Part shown: piece after piece, positions 62,114 to 62,588 of the stretch
Layout: every line of letters starts with the position of its first letter
Numbering within the stretch: position 1 is the stretch's first letter
NCBI GenBank assembly: GCA_021810245.1
Contig: JAJZJF010000004.1
Coordinates: forward strand, 1 to 62,588
Length of the DNA stretch: 62,588 nucleotides
Source of the DNA: a bacterium
GTDB lineage: Bacteria > Elusimicrobiota > Elusimicrobia > UBA1565 > UBA9628
Direction: 5' to 3'
The notes under the pieces: generated by a model
What the model saw: the letters and a program-made list of their open reading frames with translations, nothing else
Databases searched by the model: none
What the model was told of the DNA's origin: nothing
Position numbers and translations under genes: made by a program

Positions 62114-62496
62114 TGCGCTTGAGGCCGTTTTAATATTTCAGCGACTTTGCTTTGAAAGGCCGCGATTTCAAATGGTTTTTGCAAAATGGCTTCCGCTCCG
62201 CTCATCAGGGCGATTCCCTTTTCTTTCTGGACGTCGCGGCTGCTCATGATGAGAATGGGGGGGCATTTCTCTCCCAACTTGTCGGATATCTCATGGGCGA
62301 CGTGGTAGCCGTCAATATAAGGCATCATGACGTCTAAAATGAGGAGATCGAATTTTCCGGACAAAGCCGTTTGGAGGGCTTGCCGCCCATCGCTGACGGG
62401 AGTAATTTCGTGGTTTTGATATCCCAGCGCGGTTTTTAACAACTCCAATAGTTCCGGGTCATCATCGGCAATTAGGATTCGCTTTTGATCTGCCAT
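62110..62496 (-). CDS. single-domain response regulator (CheY-like receiver)
   Basis: KRILIADDDPELLELL ... DLLILDVMMPYIDG ... ILIMSS. Start set at ATG 62496. Confidence 0.85.
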   Translation of the reverse strand: MADQKRILIADDDPELLELLKTALGYQNHEITPVSDGRQALQTALSGKFDLLILDVMMPYIDGYHVAHEISDKLGEKCPPILIMSSRDVQKEKGIALMSGAEAILQKPFEIAAFQSKVAEILKRPQAQ

Positions 62497-62588
62497 GAGG
62501 ATTGGCCCAAAAGGGCTTCGATGGATTTTAACAAATTTTGGTCGATGTTGACGCAATAATCCAGTTCCAAAACCCCGCCCGATCCCTT

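Noticed and set aside
1-62588. CRISPR arrays, transposases or IS elements, integrases, rRNA genes, and prophage structural genes.
   Set aside because: I looked for regularly spaced direct repeats and for the corresponding protein signatures in the ORF track and found none. The only repeat families are the short elements reported above.

Overview
The window is a 62.6 kb bacterial chromosomal fragment, densely coded on both strands. The lineage cannot be determined from the sequence. Gene content and the abundance of prepilin-like proteins suggest an uncultivated Gram-negative group, but that is inference only.

Most of the window is housekeeping:
- Rrf2/NifU and nadA.
- A nucleoside-salvage operon (punA-deoA-upp).
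- A complete aa3-type cytochrome c oxidase operon with ctaA, ctaB and a dihaem cytochrome c.
- dapB-folK-panB and a split transketolase.
- An rpsP-KH-trmD-rplS-rnhB block, and rpe/fmt/def.
- alaS, pfk plus an aldolase, and four tRNAs (His, Lys, Glu, Leu).

The standout is a ~14 kb island (about 21.3-35.6 kb) lying between a tRNA-Lys/tRNA-Glu pair and dapB.
- It holds two paralogous three-gene cassettes in convergent orientation. Each encodes a giant (850-884 aa) prepilin-type protein carrying a lamin-tail domain and CarboxypepD_reg-like beta-sandwich repeats, a small pseudopilin, and a large PilX-like protein.
- The two cassettes have near-identical sigma70-type promoters.
- They bracket a 5.2 kb cargo segment of exported or unknown proteins. 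This includes a Cys-rich secreted protein next to a CPBP protease, and a gene with a G10 tract. The segment is punctuated by a 45-95 bp repeat family.

A second sequence-level signal is a precisely phased cis-element: TAGG-N19-cTCTAGGYCYTTGGGCCCA, then 37-38 nt to a TAnnnT hexamer. In four of five copies an ATG follows 6-7 nt later. It sits in front of five genes that all encode signal-peptide proteins, which suggests a leaderless-mRNA regulon.

No CRISPR array, transposase, integrase or rRNA was seen.
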